64,000 bases of DNA from an uncultured delta proteobacterium (GTDB lineage Bacteria > Desulfobacterota > Desulfobacteria > Desulfobacterales > JAFDCJ01). The notes below the pieces were generated by a model. That model had not been told where the DNA came from. It was given only the letters and a program-made list of their open reading frames with translations, and did not search any database. The position numbers and the translations under genes are program-made. This document shows positions 1-10,051 of the stretch, piece by piece. Location: contig CAVYNY010000030.1 in the NCBI GenBank assembly GCA_963769935.1, forward strand, positions 75,394 through 139,393. Reading direction: 5' to 3'. Positions within the stretch are counted from its first letter, which is position 1, and every line of letters begins with the position of its first letter.

Positions 1-174
1 TGTCCGCTGAGTGGGCAGATGTTTACGGTGGCCGGGCCGCTCGCCCCGAAGGCCGACCTGCTGATCGGAGGCAAGACTGCTCAGCTGAAAAATTTCACCC
101 AAGGCGAGCATGTCAATGTGAAATGGCAAGCGACCGAGAATGGACATTTGATTCTCAGGCTTGCGGCGAAATGA
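1..174 (+). CDS. C-terminal end of a hypothetical protein (partial, runs off the window start)
   Basis: Frame 1 is open from base 1 to TGA at 172-174 (CPLSGQMFTVAGPL...GHLILRLAAK*) and is followed by two hairpins. Confidence 0.55.
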   Translation, partial: CPLSGQMFTVAGPLAPKADLLIGGKTAQLKNFTQGEHVNVKWQATENGHLILRLAAK

Positions 175-201
175 TCGCCGAAGGACAAGCTGTTCCGGTC
201 T

Positions 202-281
202 AGGGGTCTATCCTGAAAAAAAGAGGGTAGACTCCTCAAATTTGGATCTGACAATAATGGCGCCGCGAAGCGCCATTATTT
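202..281 (+). terminator. Two tandem stem-loops, probable intrinsic terminator
   Basis: aggggtctatcct/agggtagactcct (202-236, with G-U pairs) and a perfect 11-bp stem aataatggcgc/gcgccattatt (253-280). Confidence 0.5.
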
Positions 282-324
282 CAGGTTTCATCAACACCGC
301 TGGACACCGAAGGCAAACAGTTTA

Positions 325-762
325 GTGGCGTATGTTTGCATCTTGAATTTTAAGGACCGCTGGCAGAGCAAGGGCTTCATGTGGGAAGATCAGCCGGTGC
401 TCGCGCACGGCGACGTGACGCCCACCAACATCTTGTTCGGCGATGAACTCTGGGTGATCGCCGTCGATTTGGAGCGAATGAAATTGGGCGACCGGGTTTT
501 TGACTTGGGCAGGCTGACCGGTGAGATCAAACATTTTTTTATGCAGTATGCCGGCAAGAAAGACTTGGCAGAACCTTACATCGGCCACTTCCTCTGGGAA
601 TACGCCGGTCATTTCCAAGATCAGCGCGGCACTTTTGCCGCCGTTACCCGCCGCCTGCCCTATTATATGGGACTCAACCTGTTGCGGATCGCCCGCAATC
701 CATGGTTTGATACCGGCTACCGGCGCCGATTGCTTAAGGAAGCCAAGCTGACCTTGCGGTAG
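325..762 (+). pseudogene. Aminoglycoside/choline phosphotransferase (APH-like) kinase, C-terminal lobe only; probably 5'-truncated
   Basis: Brenner motif HGDVTPTNILF and VDLE...DRVFDLG begin within about 30 aa of the start, leaving no room for the N-lobe. Confidence 0.55.
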
Positions 763-855
763 TGAAGCATCCCAGCCTAGAAAGCCAGGATTTCACTTGA
801 CTCCAGACGGCTTGCCTTGGACGTCAGAAAACCCATGGAATAATGGAATAAATAT

Positions 856-1584
856 ATGCGGATAAAAGGCATTCTTTTTGATCTGTACGGGACGCTCATC
901 GATATCGAGACCGACGAATCCTTGGATAAGATTTACCGGGGCATCAGCCGCTTTTTGATCTATCAGGGAATAAACCTGCGCTGGCAAAATCTCCGCGACC
1001 TTTACTACGCGATCATGCAGGAGCAGCGGCAAGCCAGCAGCGAGCAGCATCCGGAAATAGACGTTGAGGCAATCTGGGATGCGCTGCTTGCCCGGCAGGG
1101 TCTGGCCTCCGAAGCCAAGCGGCGCGGCCTGAAAAGGTATTTGGCCCAGCTTTACCGCGGGCTGTCTCTCAAGCGCCTGAAACGCTTCGCGTATGTAAAG
1201 CGCGTATTGAATACCCTCCGGCGCCCTTATCGCATGGCGATTGTCTCCGATGCCCAACCCTGCTTTGCGGGGGCCGAAATCCGGACGGTAAAGCTGGAAG
1301 GCTATTTCGATCCGCTCATCATATCGGCCAACTGCGGGTTTCGAAAACCGGATCCGCGTATGATCCGACTGGCATTGGATAAGATCAGGTTGACACCGGG
1401 CGAAGTGATCTTCGTCGGCAACGATATGTATCGCGATATTTACTGTGCCCAACAACTGGGAATAAAAACCGTTTTTTTCGCTTCCACCTCGGGCGCTCAA
1501 TCCTACGAGGAGGTTGTCCCGGACTTCCGCATTGCCCAATTCAAGGATTTGCTGCCGGCGGTGAAAGCCCTGGCGCAGGATTGA
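856..1584 (+). CDS. HAD-superfamily hydrolase
   Basis: Motif I FDLYGTLID, motif II VSD, motif III RKPD and motif IV VGNDMYRD. Confidence 0.85.
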   Translation: MRIKGILFDLYGTLIDIETDESLDKIYRGISRFLIYQGINLRWQNLRDLYYAIMQEQRQASSEQHPEIDVEAIWDALLARQGLASEAKRRGLKRYLAQLYRGLSLKRLKRFAYVKRVLNTLRRPYRMAIVSDAQPCFAGAEIRTVKLEGYFDPLIISANCGFRKPDPRMIRLALDKIRLTPGEVIFVGNDMYRDIYCAQQLGIKTVFFASTSGAQSYEEVVPDFRIAQFKDLLPAVKALAQD

Positions 1585-1586
1585 AT

Positions 1587-1763
1587 TTATTTTGGCAGCC
1601 GATAAGTACCATCCAGCCTGGATACCATATTGCCATAGCGTTCCAGGAGATCCGAACAGGCTTTTTCAAACTCCGCTTCGGTTAATTCACCCTTCTTATG
1701 CAAAGCTTCAATTGCCGAATATTCATTTTCATACCATCGTTCTGGATCAAAGTTATAGGTCAT
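1587..1763 (-). CDS. 58-aa small protein with a SHOCT-like segment (below the ORF-track cutoff)
   Basis: MTYNFDPERWYENEYSAIEALHKKGELTEAEFEKACSDLLERYGNMVSRLDGTYRLPK*. AAAGGA lies upstream, and the ORF fills the gap between convergent genes. Confidence 0.65.
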   Translation of the reverse strand: MTYNFDPERWYENEYSAIEALHKKGELTEAEFEKACSDLLERYGNMVSRLDGTYRLPK

Positions 1764-1791
1764 CGACGATAATCCTTTGGGGAATCAGCCA

Positions 1792-2787
1792 TTAATTTGA
1801 GGAAAACGCTTCGTCGAATACCCGGTTTGACGGCTTGAAATCGATCTGCTTCACGAACGCCGCAGCTTCGCTGGCGCCGATTTCGCGATCCATGGCCGCG
1901 TCTTCCCACTCCACGGAGAGTGGGCCGTCATACTTAAGGATATTCAAGGCTCGGATGATCTCTTCAAAGTCGATCTGCCCGCGTCCCAGGGAACGGAAGT
2001 CCCATCCCCGCCCCGGTTCGCCGAAATTCAAGTAGCTGCCGAGGATCCCCGAGGTGCCGTCCAGAGAAACAATGGCATCCTTCATGTGCACATGGTAGAT
2101 CCGGTCCGGAAAAGCCTTGAGAAATTTTACGGGATCCACTCCCTGCCATTCAAGGTGGCTGGGATCGAAGTTGAACCCGAACGCCTCCCTGCGGCCGATG
2201 GCCTCGAGGGTCCTCTGCGCAGTGATGAGGTCAAAGGCGATCTCGGTGGGATGCACCTCGAGGGCGAATTTGACGCCGTTTTCATCAAAGACGTCCAGAA
2301 TCGGGTTCCACATATCCGCAAAGTATCTAAACCCCTCTTCGATTTGATCTTTGCTGACCGGCGGAAAAGAGTAGATAAGATGCCATATGGAAGAACCGGT
2401 AAAGCCGTTGACAACCTTCAATCCCATGTTTCTGGCTGCGACGGCGGTCTGTTTCATGGTTTCCACCGCCCAGGCTCTTTTCTTTTCCGGGTCTCCGGCA
2501 CAGTCTGCCGGCGCAAAGCCGTCGGAACGGGCATCGTTGTTGAGATCGCATACCAGCTGTCCGGCAAGGTGATGCGATATGGAATAGACGCTCAGATTGT
2601 TTTCTTTGAGGATATTTTTCTGCCCTTCACAATAAGCCGGATCGGCGGCTCCTCTGGCCGGATCGAAATGATCGCCCCAGCAGGCGAGTTCCAGCCCGTC
2701 ATATCCCCACTCACTGGCCTTTTTTGCCAGTTCGGTTAATGGCAGGTCGGCAAATTGTCCGGTAAAAAGTGTTACGGGTCGTGCCAT
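1792..2787 (-). CDS. Sugar phosphate isomerase/epimerase family TIM-barrel protein (AP endonuclease 2 fold)
   Basis: Metal-ligand motifs ALEVHP, NFDPSH, HVHMKD and SVEWED; RBS AAGGAGG. Confidence 0.85.
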   Translation of the reverse strand: MARPVTLFTGQFADLPLTELAKKASEWGYDGLELACWGDHFDPARGAADPAYCEGQKNILKENNLSVYSISHHLAGQLVCDLNNDARSDGFAPADCAGDPEKKRAWAVETMKQTAVAARNMGLKVVNGFTGSSIWHLIYSFPPVSKDQIEEGFRYFADMWNPILDVFDENGVKFALEVHPTEIAFDLITAQRTLEAIGRREAFGFNFDPSHLEWQGVDPVKFLKAFPDRIYHVHMKDAIVSLDGTSGILGSYLNFGEPGRGWDFRSLGRGQIDFEEIIRALNILKYDGPLSVEWEDAAMDREIGASEAAAFVKQIDFKPSNRVFDEAFSSN

Positions 2788-2837
2788 GATTTACCTCCTT
2801 AGTTCAAAATGGATAACGATATGGAATATTCAAGCCT

Positions 2838-4004
2838 CTAATTGTAGCGCTTCATGGGGTACCACTTCTGATCGCTTTTGCCGCTTTCCACGGCCGATTC
2901 AATAAATGCAAGCCCTCGGGCACCATCAATTACCGTTGGAAAATCAAGCTCAAGCGCTGTGGGCTGCCTACCCTCCAGCTTGGCCCGGATCGTATCGGTA
3001 ACATTCATATAGATGTTGGCAAAGGCCTCTATGAAGGCTTCGGGATGCCCGGCCGGCAGTCGGGTAGCCCGCCGGGCTGCTTCGCACAGGTACCCGTTGC
3101 CGCGGCGATACAGCTGGGCCGGTCCTTCGTTGGTCCTGAACCATAGCTGGTTGGGCTCCTCCTGGTGCCACTCCAGCGCAGCCTTGACGCCGTAAACCCG
3201 AATGCGGAGGTTGTTTTCTTCTCCAGCCGAAAACTGGGAGGCGTAAAGAATTCCACAAGCGCCATTCTCGAAATGGAGCAGAATATTGCCATCGTTATCC
3301 AGGGGACGCTCAAAAATACTCTTCAGGTCGGCACAGATCTCTGTCAGCTCCAGGCCCGTGATATAATGGGCGAGGTTGTGACAGTGGGATCCGATGTCTC
3401 CCATACAATTGGAAACACCCGACTGCTTGGGATCGGTCCGCCAGGCGGCCTGTTTCTGCCCCTCCTGTTCGATCGGCGCGAGAAGCCAACCCTGGGGATA
3501 CTCGACAACAATTTTCAGAATTTCACCCAATTCACCGTTTTGCACCATATGGCGGGCCTGCTTTACCATGGGGTAACCGGTGTAGTTATGGGTCAGGGCA
3601 AATACGATGCCCGACTGTTCGACCACGTCAACCAGTTGCTTGGCTTCTGCCAGGGAGTAGGTCATAGGTTTGTCGCAGATGATATGGATGCCTGAATCGG
3701 CAAAAATCTTGGCAACCGGGAAGTGCATCTTGTTGGGGGTTACAATGGATACAAAATCGATCCGCTCACCCGGCGGCATTTTTGATTCAGCCTCGGCCAT
3801 CTCGGAATAGGTCCCATAAGATCGCTCTGCGGGCAGCAGCAGTTCCCGCGCCGATGCTGCCGCCTTTGCCGGATCGGAAGAGAGGGCCCCTGCAACCAGT
3901 TCAACCTTACCGTCCAGCAATGCAGCCCGGCGGTGAACCGCACCGATGAAAGCGTCCTTTCCACCTCCGACCATGCCCATTTTCAATTTACGTTCCAGTG
4001 TCAT
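2838..4004 (-). CDS. Gfo/Idh/MocA family NAD(P) oxidoreductase
   Basis: GMVGGG...FIGAVH, IVTPN, ICDKP and GDIGSH motifs. Confidence 0.9.
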   Translation of the reverse strand: MTLERKLKMGMVGGGKDAFIGAVHRRAALLDGKVELVAGALSSDPAKAAASARELLLPAERSYGTYSEMAEAESKMPPGERIDFVSIVTPNKMHFPVAKIFADSGIHIICDKPMTYSLAEAKQLVDVVEQSGIVFALTHNYTGYPMVKQARHMVQNGELGEILKIVVEYPQGWLLAPIEQEGQKQAAWRTDPKQSGVSNCMGDIGSHCHNLAHYITGLELTEICADLKSIFERPLDNDGNILLHFENGACGILYASQFSAGEENNLRIRVYGVKAALEWHQEEPNQLWFRTNEGPAQLYRRGNGYLCEAARRATRLPAGHPEAFIEAFANIYMNVTDTIRAKLEGRQPTALELDFPTVIDGARGLAFIESAVESGKSDQKWYPMKRYN

Positions 4005-4104
4005 GGTGTCTCCTTTTAAAATTCCTAGAGATTAATTTTCTCTGTTCTGGTTGTTGATTTTCTATAATTTGCTGAAGCAAAAATGACTACATCGGCATGA
4101 AAAT

Positions 4105-4127
4105 ATTAATTTAAACATTGAATCAAA
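4105..4127. promoter_or_regulatory. Putative ROK repressor operator 1
   Basis: ATTAATTTAAACATTGAATCAAA, a 23-bp quasi-palindrome shared with 4291, 7033 and 7328; lies downstream of a minus-strand TTGACA at 4162-4167. Confidence 0.6.
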
Positions 4128-4290
4128 TCTCGCAAATTAACTTGCACCAGCCCCCATATTTTGTCAAGATGAATCTATTCCAAGAAATTTCATTGTAATT
4201 GAAATTAAAATATTATATATTTTTTCAACATGTTATATTGCTTTTCAGCAGTCATGGCGCTATGGTGCCGCCGCCAGTACCCGACTGTGA

Positions 4291-4313
4291 ATTAATTTAA
4301 ACTTAAAAATAAT
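4291..4313. promoter_or_regulatory. Putative ROK repressor operator 2 (autoregulatory position)
   Basis: ATTAATTTAAACTTAAAAATAAT, 15 bp upstream of the ROK gene ATG. Confidence 0.6.
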
Positions 4314-4328
4314 GATGGACGAACAAAT

Positions 4329-5543
4329 ATGCAGGCCGCGAATCGTGAAATTACCAAAGCCATCAACCAGTTCAATATTCTGAACACCATCCGCAAGTCA
4401 GGCCTGATCTCCCGGATTGAGATCGCCCAACTGACAGGCCAGAGCAGGGCGGCGGTGACCAATGTGACGGCCCACCTTATTAGAGAGGGTACGATCCTGG
4501 AAAAACAGACGAAACCCTCTGGTTCGAGGGGGCGCCGCCGGGTGATGCTGGCATTGAATCCCTCGGCCGCCTACGTGGTCGGCGTTAAGCTTTCCGCTTT
4601 CCAACTCAGCTTTGCGGTCACCAACATGCAGGCTGATGTTATCTCCTCGCTGACTGTGCCCGTTAGAATAGGGAAACGCTCCGCTGAATTCGTGACTGAT
4701 CTGATGGAAGAAGGAATTCGCCATTGTGTCGCCAAAGCGAAACTCGGGATGAAGATGATTGCAGGCATCGGCGTCGGCATACCGGGTTTTGTGGACAGCC
4801 AGAAGGGCATTACGTATTGGTCACCGCTTTACAGTCAGGGCAACGCCTACTTGAAGGACATGATTCAGGGCCGTTTTAAAATTCCGACGTATATTGAAAA
4901 CGATGCCAATACGGTTACCCTTGCCGAGCAGTGGTTCGGTGAAGGCATGGGCGTCGACAATTTTCTCGTGGTAACGGTTGAGCATGGTGTCGGCATGGGA
5001 ATTGTGGTAAACGGGCAAATCTACCGCGGAGAGCGGGGAATCGGCGCCGAATTCGGACATCTTGTGATCCGGCCCGGCGGGGAGCCCTGCCGCTGCGGGA
5101 AACGGGGATGCATCGAGTCTTATGTGGCCGATTACAAGGTGCTCGAAGCGGGTATCAAAGCTGCTGAAGACGGACTCTGGAAATATGAAGACATTTCGTC
5201 CCTGACCATAGAAGATCTGACCGCGATCGCCGCCAAGGGAGAGCCCGTGCTCAAAGAAATTTTCAAGCGCAGCGGCGAAATATTGGGGCTGGGAATTTCG
5301 GGCTTGATACAGCTATTCAATCCCAAAAAAATAATTATTGCCGGTGAGGGCGTGCGCGCCGGAAGCCTTTTGTTTAAGTCGATGCACAAAACCATTGCAA
5401 CTAACACCAGCAAAGAGCTCCTTGCGTCCCTGGAAATCATCATTCAAAAGTGGCAGGATACCGATTGGGCCAGAGGGGCCGCCAGCCTTGTTCTGCAAGA
5501 ACTCTACAAATCACCCTTCAACAGCCTCAGACCGATCATCTGA
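4329..5543 (+). CDS. ROK-family transcriptional repressor (XylR/NagC-like)
   Basis: N-terminal HTH (ISRIEIAQLTGQS), ENDAN, and GAEFGH...CRCGKRGCIE zinc motif. Confidence 0.9.
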   Translation: MQAANREITKAINQFNILNTIRKSGLISRIEIAQLTGQSRAAVTNVTAHLIREGTILEKQTKPSGSRGRRRVMLALNPSAAYVVGVKLSAFQLSFAVTNMQADVISSLTVPVRIGKRSAEFVTDLMEEGIRHCVAKAKLGMKMIAGIGVGIPGFVDSQKGITYWSPLYSQGNAYLKDMIQGRFKIPTYIENDANTVTLAEQWFGEGMGVDNFLVVTVEHGVGMGIVVNGQIYRGERGIGAEFGHLVIRPGGEPCRCGKRGCIESYVADYKVLEAGIKAAEDGLWKYEDISSLTIEDLTAIAAKGEPVLKEIFKRSGEILGLGISGLIQLFNPKKIIIAGEGVRAGSLLFKSMHKTIATNTSKELLASLEIIIQKWQDTDWARGAASLVLQELYKSPFNSLRPII

Positions 5544-5640
5544 CAATTACTCCAAAATTGAAAGCCTAATCTCCTCTGGGGTGAAGTCAAATCCTGGCCC
5601 TCTGGGTCAGGATTCTTTACTGATCATGGTTGCGCAAGTT

Positions 5641-6951
5641 TTATACATACGCAGCCAAAATGCTTTCCAGCATTTCCTGGCGACCGCTTTGAAGTGCGGG
5701 TTCACCTTTATCAAGGATATACTGCTCCAGAGTTTCAAAGGAGGCTGCTCCCGATAATATGTCATGGCCGAGACCAAGGTCATAGCTGGCGTAACGACGC
5801 CGGACAAAATCATCCAGGATGCCGTCTTCAATTATCTTCTGAGCAGATAGAAGGCCCCGCGCAAACGTATCCATACCGCTAATGTGGGCATAAAACAAAT
5901 CCATCTCGTCACAGGAACCGCGCCTTGGTTTGGCATCAAAATTCAGCCCGCCGCTCCCCAGCCCGCCGATCTTGAGAACTACCAGCATGGCGCGCGTGCT
6001 GGCCAAAGGGTCGGTGGGGTACTGGTCGGTATCCCAGCCCAGCAAGGGATCGCCCACGTTGGCATCGATGCTGCCCAACTTGCCGTTGATGGCCGCAACG
6101 GTCAGGTCGTGTTCAAATGAATGCCCGGCCAGAGTGGCGTGATTGGCTTCGATATTGAGCTTGAAATGATCCAGCAGATCATATTTTCTCAAGAAACCCA
6201 GTACCGTAGCCGCATCGAAGTCGTACTGGTGCTTGGTGGGCTCTTTCGGTTTGGGTTCGATCAGAAATGGTCCTTGGAACCCGATGGAACGGGCATAGTC
6301 CACGGCCATGTGAAAAAAACGTGCCATTTGTTCCTCTTCGCGCTCCATGTCCGTGTTGAGAAGTGTTTCGTAGCCTTCGCGGCCTCCCCAGAATACATAA
6401 TTGGCGCCCCCGAGTTCCTTGGTGGCGGCAATGGCATGTTTAACCTGGGCCGCGGCATAGGCAAACACATGCGCATCCGGGTTGGTTGCCGCCCCGTGGG
6501 TGTATCGCGGGTTGCCGAAAAGATTAGCCGTACCCCACAGCAATCGGATGCCGGTTTCAGACTGCAGGACTGAAGCCTTCTGCACCATCTTTTCAAGGTT
6601 TCTACAGGATTCGGCCAAGCTTTCACCCTCAGGAGCCATGTCCCGGTCATGGAAACAATAGAAAGGCGCTCCCAGTTTCCGGGTAAACTCGAAGGCCGCA
6701 TGCAGGGTATGTTCGGCCTTTTCCATGGGGGTTTTGCTCTGTGCCCAAGGCCGGACAAAAACCGGATCCCCAAAGGGGTCGCTGCCGCTGGATTTAAACG
6801 TGTGCCAATAAGCAACTGAAAAGCGAAGGTGCTCTGCCATGGTTTTTCCGGCTACAATCTGCTCTGGATTATAGTACTTAAAGGCCAGTGGTTCCTTCGA
6901 GGCCTTGCCCTGAAAGGGTATTTTATCCTTGATTTGCGGAAAATATTCCAT
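5641..6951 (-). CDS. xylA: Xylose isomerase (class II)
   Basis: [43 protein letters not shown] and NFDAK motifs. Start placed at MEYFPQI after AAGGAGG. Confidence 0.95.
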   Translation of the reverse strand: MEYFPQIKDKIPFQGKASKEPLAFKYYNPEQIVAGKTMAEHLRFSVAYWHTFKSSGSDPFGDPVFVRPWAQSKTPMEKAEHTLHAAFEFTRKLGAPFYCFHDRDMAPEGESLAESCRNLEKMVQKASVLQSETGIRLLWGTANLFGNPRYTHGAATNPDAHVFAYAAAQVKHAIAATKELGGANYVFWGGREGYETLLNTDMEREEEQMARFFHMAVDYARSIGFQGPFLIEPKPKEPTKHQYDFDAATVLGFLRKYDLLDHFKLNIEANHATLAGHSFEHDLTVAAINGKLGSIDANVGDPLLGWDTDQYPTDPLASTRAMLVVLKIGGLGSGGLNFDAKPRRGSCDEMDLFYAHISGMDTFARGLLSAQKIIEDGILDDFVRRRYASYDLGLGHDILSGAASFETLEQYILDKGEPALQSGRQEMLESILAAYV

Positions 6952-7032
6952 TTTTATTCCTCCTTTTCGCGGAAGTGGCAACGCGGCCCTCCACACCCGG
7001 CAAGGTGCGAGAGCGGTCCGCCCGGCCAATCA

Positions 7033-7055
7033 ATTAATTCAGAAAATAAATTAAT
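7033..7055. promoter_or_regulatory. Putative ROK repressor operator 3, upstream of xylA
   Basis: ATTAATTCAGAAAATAAATTAAT, with perfect 7-bp inverted arms. Confidence 0.65.
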
Positions 7056-7327
7056 CTAATCCGGCAACTCGTATTATACGGGCTTGTCGCCCGCGCATTG
7101 ATCAAAATTAAACATTAAATTTCAGGTAGTTAAAATAAAAGAGCCCTAAGCACCCTCTGGCCATGCAAGGTCTTGCTCGATCTTCTATCAGGAACACACC
7201 GGCCAGACAAGCGAAATATCGGATTCCACGGACTATAAATATTCAAACCTGTTTTTGGATATTATATATTATGCAATAATATCAGAATGATATCTATCAT
7301 AATCGTTGGACGGTATGTGCCGAAAAA

Positions 7328-7350
7328 ATAAATTTTTGTAAAAAATTAAT
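7328..7350. promoter_or_regulatory. Putative ROK repressor operator 4, upstream of the sugar ABC operon
   Basis: ATAAATTTTTGTAAAAAATTAAT; its reverse complement begins ATTAATTT like the other three. Confidence 0.55.
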
Positions 7351-7540
7351 CCTTGATTTAGATATCAAAATCTGTCAGTTTGTATTCACTCTTTCCTGTG
7401 ATATCGTGCGCAGGGCAACCAGGCGATGCGGGCACGGTACAATGCCCGTGAGCCGAATCCGGTCCCATCCCGGCACCTGCTTGCAACGCCGAGCCTGGCG
7501 TCTCTTTTTGACAGTCAAATCGGCTATGGAACATCAAGCT

Positions 7541-9058
7541 ATGAGCGATCCGATACTGACCGCAACCTCCATTGTTAAGGAATTTTCAGGGGTCCGGGTA
7601 TTGAACGACATCAACCTGGAAATTTCCGGCGGAGAGGTGTTCGGGATCATCGGCGAAAACGGGGCCGGCAAATCCACACTGATTAAAATTTTCAGCGGCA
7701 TTTACCAAGCTACCTCGGGTGACCTTTTTCTGGAGGGACAAAAGATCGACGTCAAAAACCCTATCATGGCCAAAAAGCTTGGGATCAGCACCGTGCCGCA
7801 AGAGTTTAATCTGATCGGCCCCCTCAGCGTGTTTGAAAATATATTCCTGGGCAGTGAAATCAGAAAGTACCTGCTGCTGGACAAAGCCGCCATGAAACGC
7901 CGGACCGTTCAGCTGCTGCAGGAGCTCAACAGTAAGATTTCACCCGACACGCTGGTGGACTCGCTCAGCGTGGCCGAAAAACAGATCGTAGAAATTGCGA
8001 AAGCACTGGTGCACGACTCCAAAATTCTCATTATGGATGAACCCACCACGGTTTTGACCAAAGACGAAACCGGTGTGCTCTTCGGCCGCCTGCGCCAGCT
8101 GAAACGCAAGGGTGTCTCCATCCTCTTCATATCCCACAAACTTAAGGAAATCAGGGAAATTTGCGATAGGGTCATGGTTTTACGTGACGGTCAGCAAATC
8201 AGCATCGACAAAGCCGACCAGATAGATGAACACGAAATGGCCCACCGCATGGTGGGCCGGGAGCTCACGCAGATCTTTCCGAAGAAAACATTGGCTCAGG
8301 ATGAACCTGCGCTTGAGATAAAGGGCCTTGAGGTGGCCGATTCCGTGCATGGGGTTCATTTTTCCTTGGCCAGAGGCGAGGTGCTGGGCATGGCCGGCCT
8401 GCGGGGGTCCGGTCAGACCGAACTGGCAGAGGCCATCATGGGAATCACAAGGATGAAAGCCGGCGAGGTATTGGTGCACGGCAAACCTGTCGCCATTCGA
8501 TCTCCCCGCCATGCGGTTCAAGAAAAAATCGCCTATCTTTCAGACGACCGCCAGGGGAAGGGCATCATCGTCAATTTCGATGTTCCCAGCAACATTACCT
8601 TGATTTCCCTGAAAAACTATTCCAGGATACTGATCAACAAGCGCAAAGAGTACCATAGTGCCCAAAACTACGTGAAAAAATTTAGTATCCGGGCGGCATC
8701 CCTGGCCTATGAACTGCAGTATCTGAGCGGCGGAAATCAACAGAAAGTCTATTTATCAAAATGGATGGACACCCGCCCCGAGGTGCTGATACTCAATGAA
8801 CCCACCCGGGGGATCGACGTCAACGCCAAAAGCGAAATTTACCATTTTGTGCACTCCCTTGCAGAGAGCGGTATTGCCTGCCTGGTCATATCTTCCGAAC
8901 TGGAGGAAGTTATCGGTTTGTGCTCGCGAGTTCTGGTCATGCGGGCCGGAAAAATTGCCGGTGAACTGACCGGTGATGAAATCAATGAAGAGACGATCAT
9001 GCTATACGCCACCGGACTCCAGGACACCGGAACTACAGACGGAATGACAATTCAATGA
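7541..9058 (+). CDS. Monosaccharide ABC transporter ATP-binding protein (RbsA-like, two domains)
   Basis: GENGAGKST, IMDEPT and LSGGNQQKV; likely start MSDPIL. Confidence 0.9.
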   Translation: MSDPILTATSIVKEFSGVRVLNDINLEISGGEVFGIIGENGAGKSTLIKIFSGIYQATSGDLFLEGQKIDVKNPIMAKKLGISTVPQEFNLIGPLSVFENIFLGSEIRKYLLLDKAAMKRRTVQLLQELNSKISPDTLVDSLSVAEKQIVEIAKALVHDSKILIMDEPTTVLTKDETGVLFGRLRQLKRKGVSILFISHKLKEIREICDRVMVLRDGQQISIDKADQIDEHEMAHRMVGRELTQIFPKKTLAQDEPALEIKGLEVADSVHGVHFSLARGEVLGMAGLRGSGQTELAEAIMGITRMKAGEVLVHGKPVAIRSPRHAVQEKIAYLSDDRQGKGIIVNFDVPSNITLISLKNYSRILINKRKEYHSAQNYVKKFSIRAASLAYELQYLSGGNQQKVYLSKWMDTRPEVLILNEPTRGIDVNAKSEIYHFVHSLAESGIACLVISSELEEVIGLCSRVLVMRAGKIAGELTGDEINEETIMLYATGLQDTGTTDGMTIQ

Positions 9059-9999
9059 AAAGAAAGTTCGATTTTGCCAAATATGCCCCGATTTTTGCCC
9101 TTGTTATCCTGTTCATTATTTCATCATTGGCCAGCCCCTATTTCCTGAATTTTAAAAATATAACCAATATTTTGCGCCAATCGTCGTATACCGGCATCAT
9201 CGCTCTGGGAATGACCTTCGTCATCATCTCGGGCGGAATCGACCTGTCGGTTGGATCTATGGTCGCACTTATCGGGGGCATTGTCATCCTGCTGCTCAAT
9301 TACTTCGGCGGCGATCCCATGGCGATCGCCGGGGCCATTCTGGCCGGAATGTGCCTGGGCCTGATCGCCGGCGGGCTCAACGGACTTATCGTCACCAAAG
9401 GCAAGATTGCACCCTTCATTGCCACATTGGGGACCATGTCCATTTTCAGGTCCCTGACTCTTTACATCAGCAACGCCGGTGAGTTCCGCTCAGCCAGCGA
9501 TATATATCCGGTCATCGGTTCCGGGTACTTTCTCAACCTGCCGATTCCGGTCTGGATATTTTTCGGTCTGGCTGTTGTCTTTCACATCCTCTTAAATAAC
9601 ACGCGCTACGGCCGGTATGTCTGTGCCGTGGGAGCCAGCGAAAAGGTGGCTGTTTACTCGGCAATCAAAATTGATTGGGTCAAAATGATGACCTATGCCC
9701 TGACCGGGCTGTCCGTTGCCGTCACCTCCATCATGCTCTCATCGCGGTTGAACTCTGTCAGTTCATCCAATGCAGGTGTCTTTTACGAACTGGATGCCAT
9801 TGCAGCGGTGGTTATCGGCGGGACCTCCCTGTCCGGAGGAATCGGTACGATCATGGGGACTGTGATCGGGGCTATTATTCTGGGCATGATCAACAATATG
9901 CTCAACATGGTAGGCGTATCCCCTTACTTACAGGGTACTGTAAAGGGCTTGGTGATTATTTTTGCCGTTCTTGTTCAATACAAACGCAGGAACAATTAA
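9055..9999 (+). CDS. Monosaccharide ABC permease (RbsC-like)
   Basis: GGIDLSVG, PFIATLG and YELDAIAAVVIGGTSLSGG; ATGA overlap with the upstream gene. Confidence 0.9.
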   Translation: MKRKFDFAKYAPIFALVILFIISSLASPYFLNFKNITNILRQSSYTGIIALGMTFVIISGGIDLSVGSMVALIGGIVILLLNYFGGDPMAIAGAILAGMCLGLIAGGLNGLIVTKGKIAPFIATLGTMSIFRSLTLYISNAGEFRSASDIYPVIGSGYFLNLPIPVWIFFGLAVVFHILLNNTRYGRYVCAVGASEKVAVYSAIKIDWVKMMTYALTGLSVAVTSIMLSSRLNSVSSSNAGVFYELDAIAAVVIGGTSLSGGIGTIMGTVIGAIILGMINNMLNMVGVSPYLQGTVKGLVIIFAVLVQYKRRNN

Positions 10000-10051
10000 T
10001 TCATCCGGCGCAGGCCGGAAAATATGTAACCTAAACAAAGGAGGTAGGAAT

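Noticed and set aside
7380..7540. Riboswitch or attenuator in the ABC operon leader
   Set aside because: Short hairpins and a weak T-run are present, but no recognisable aptamer consensus; an Rfam search would be needed.
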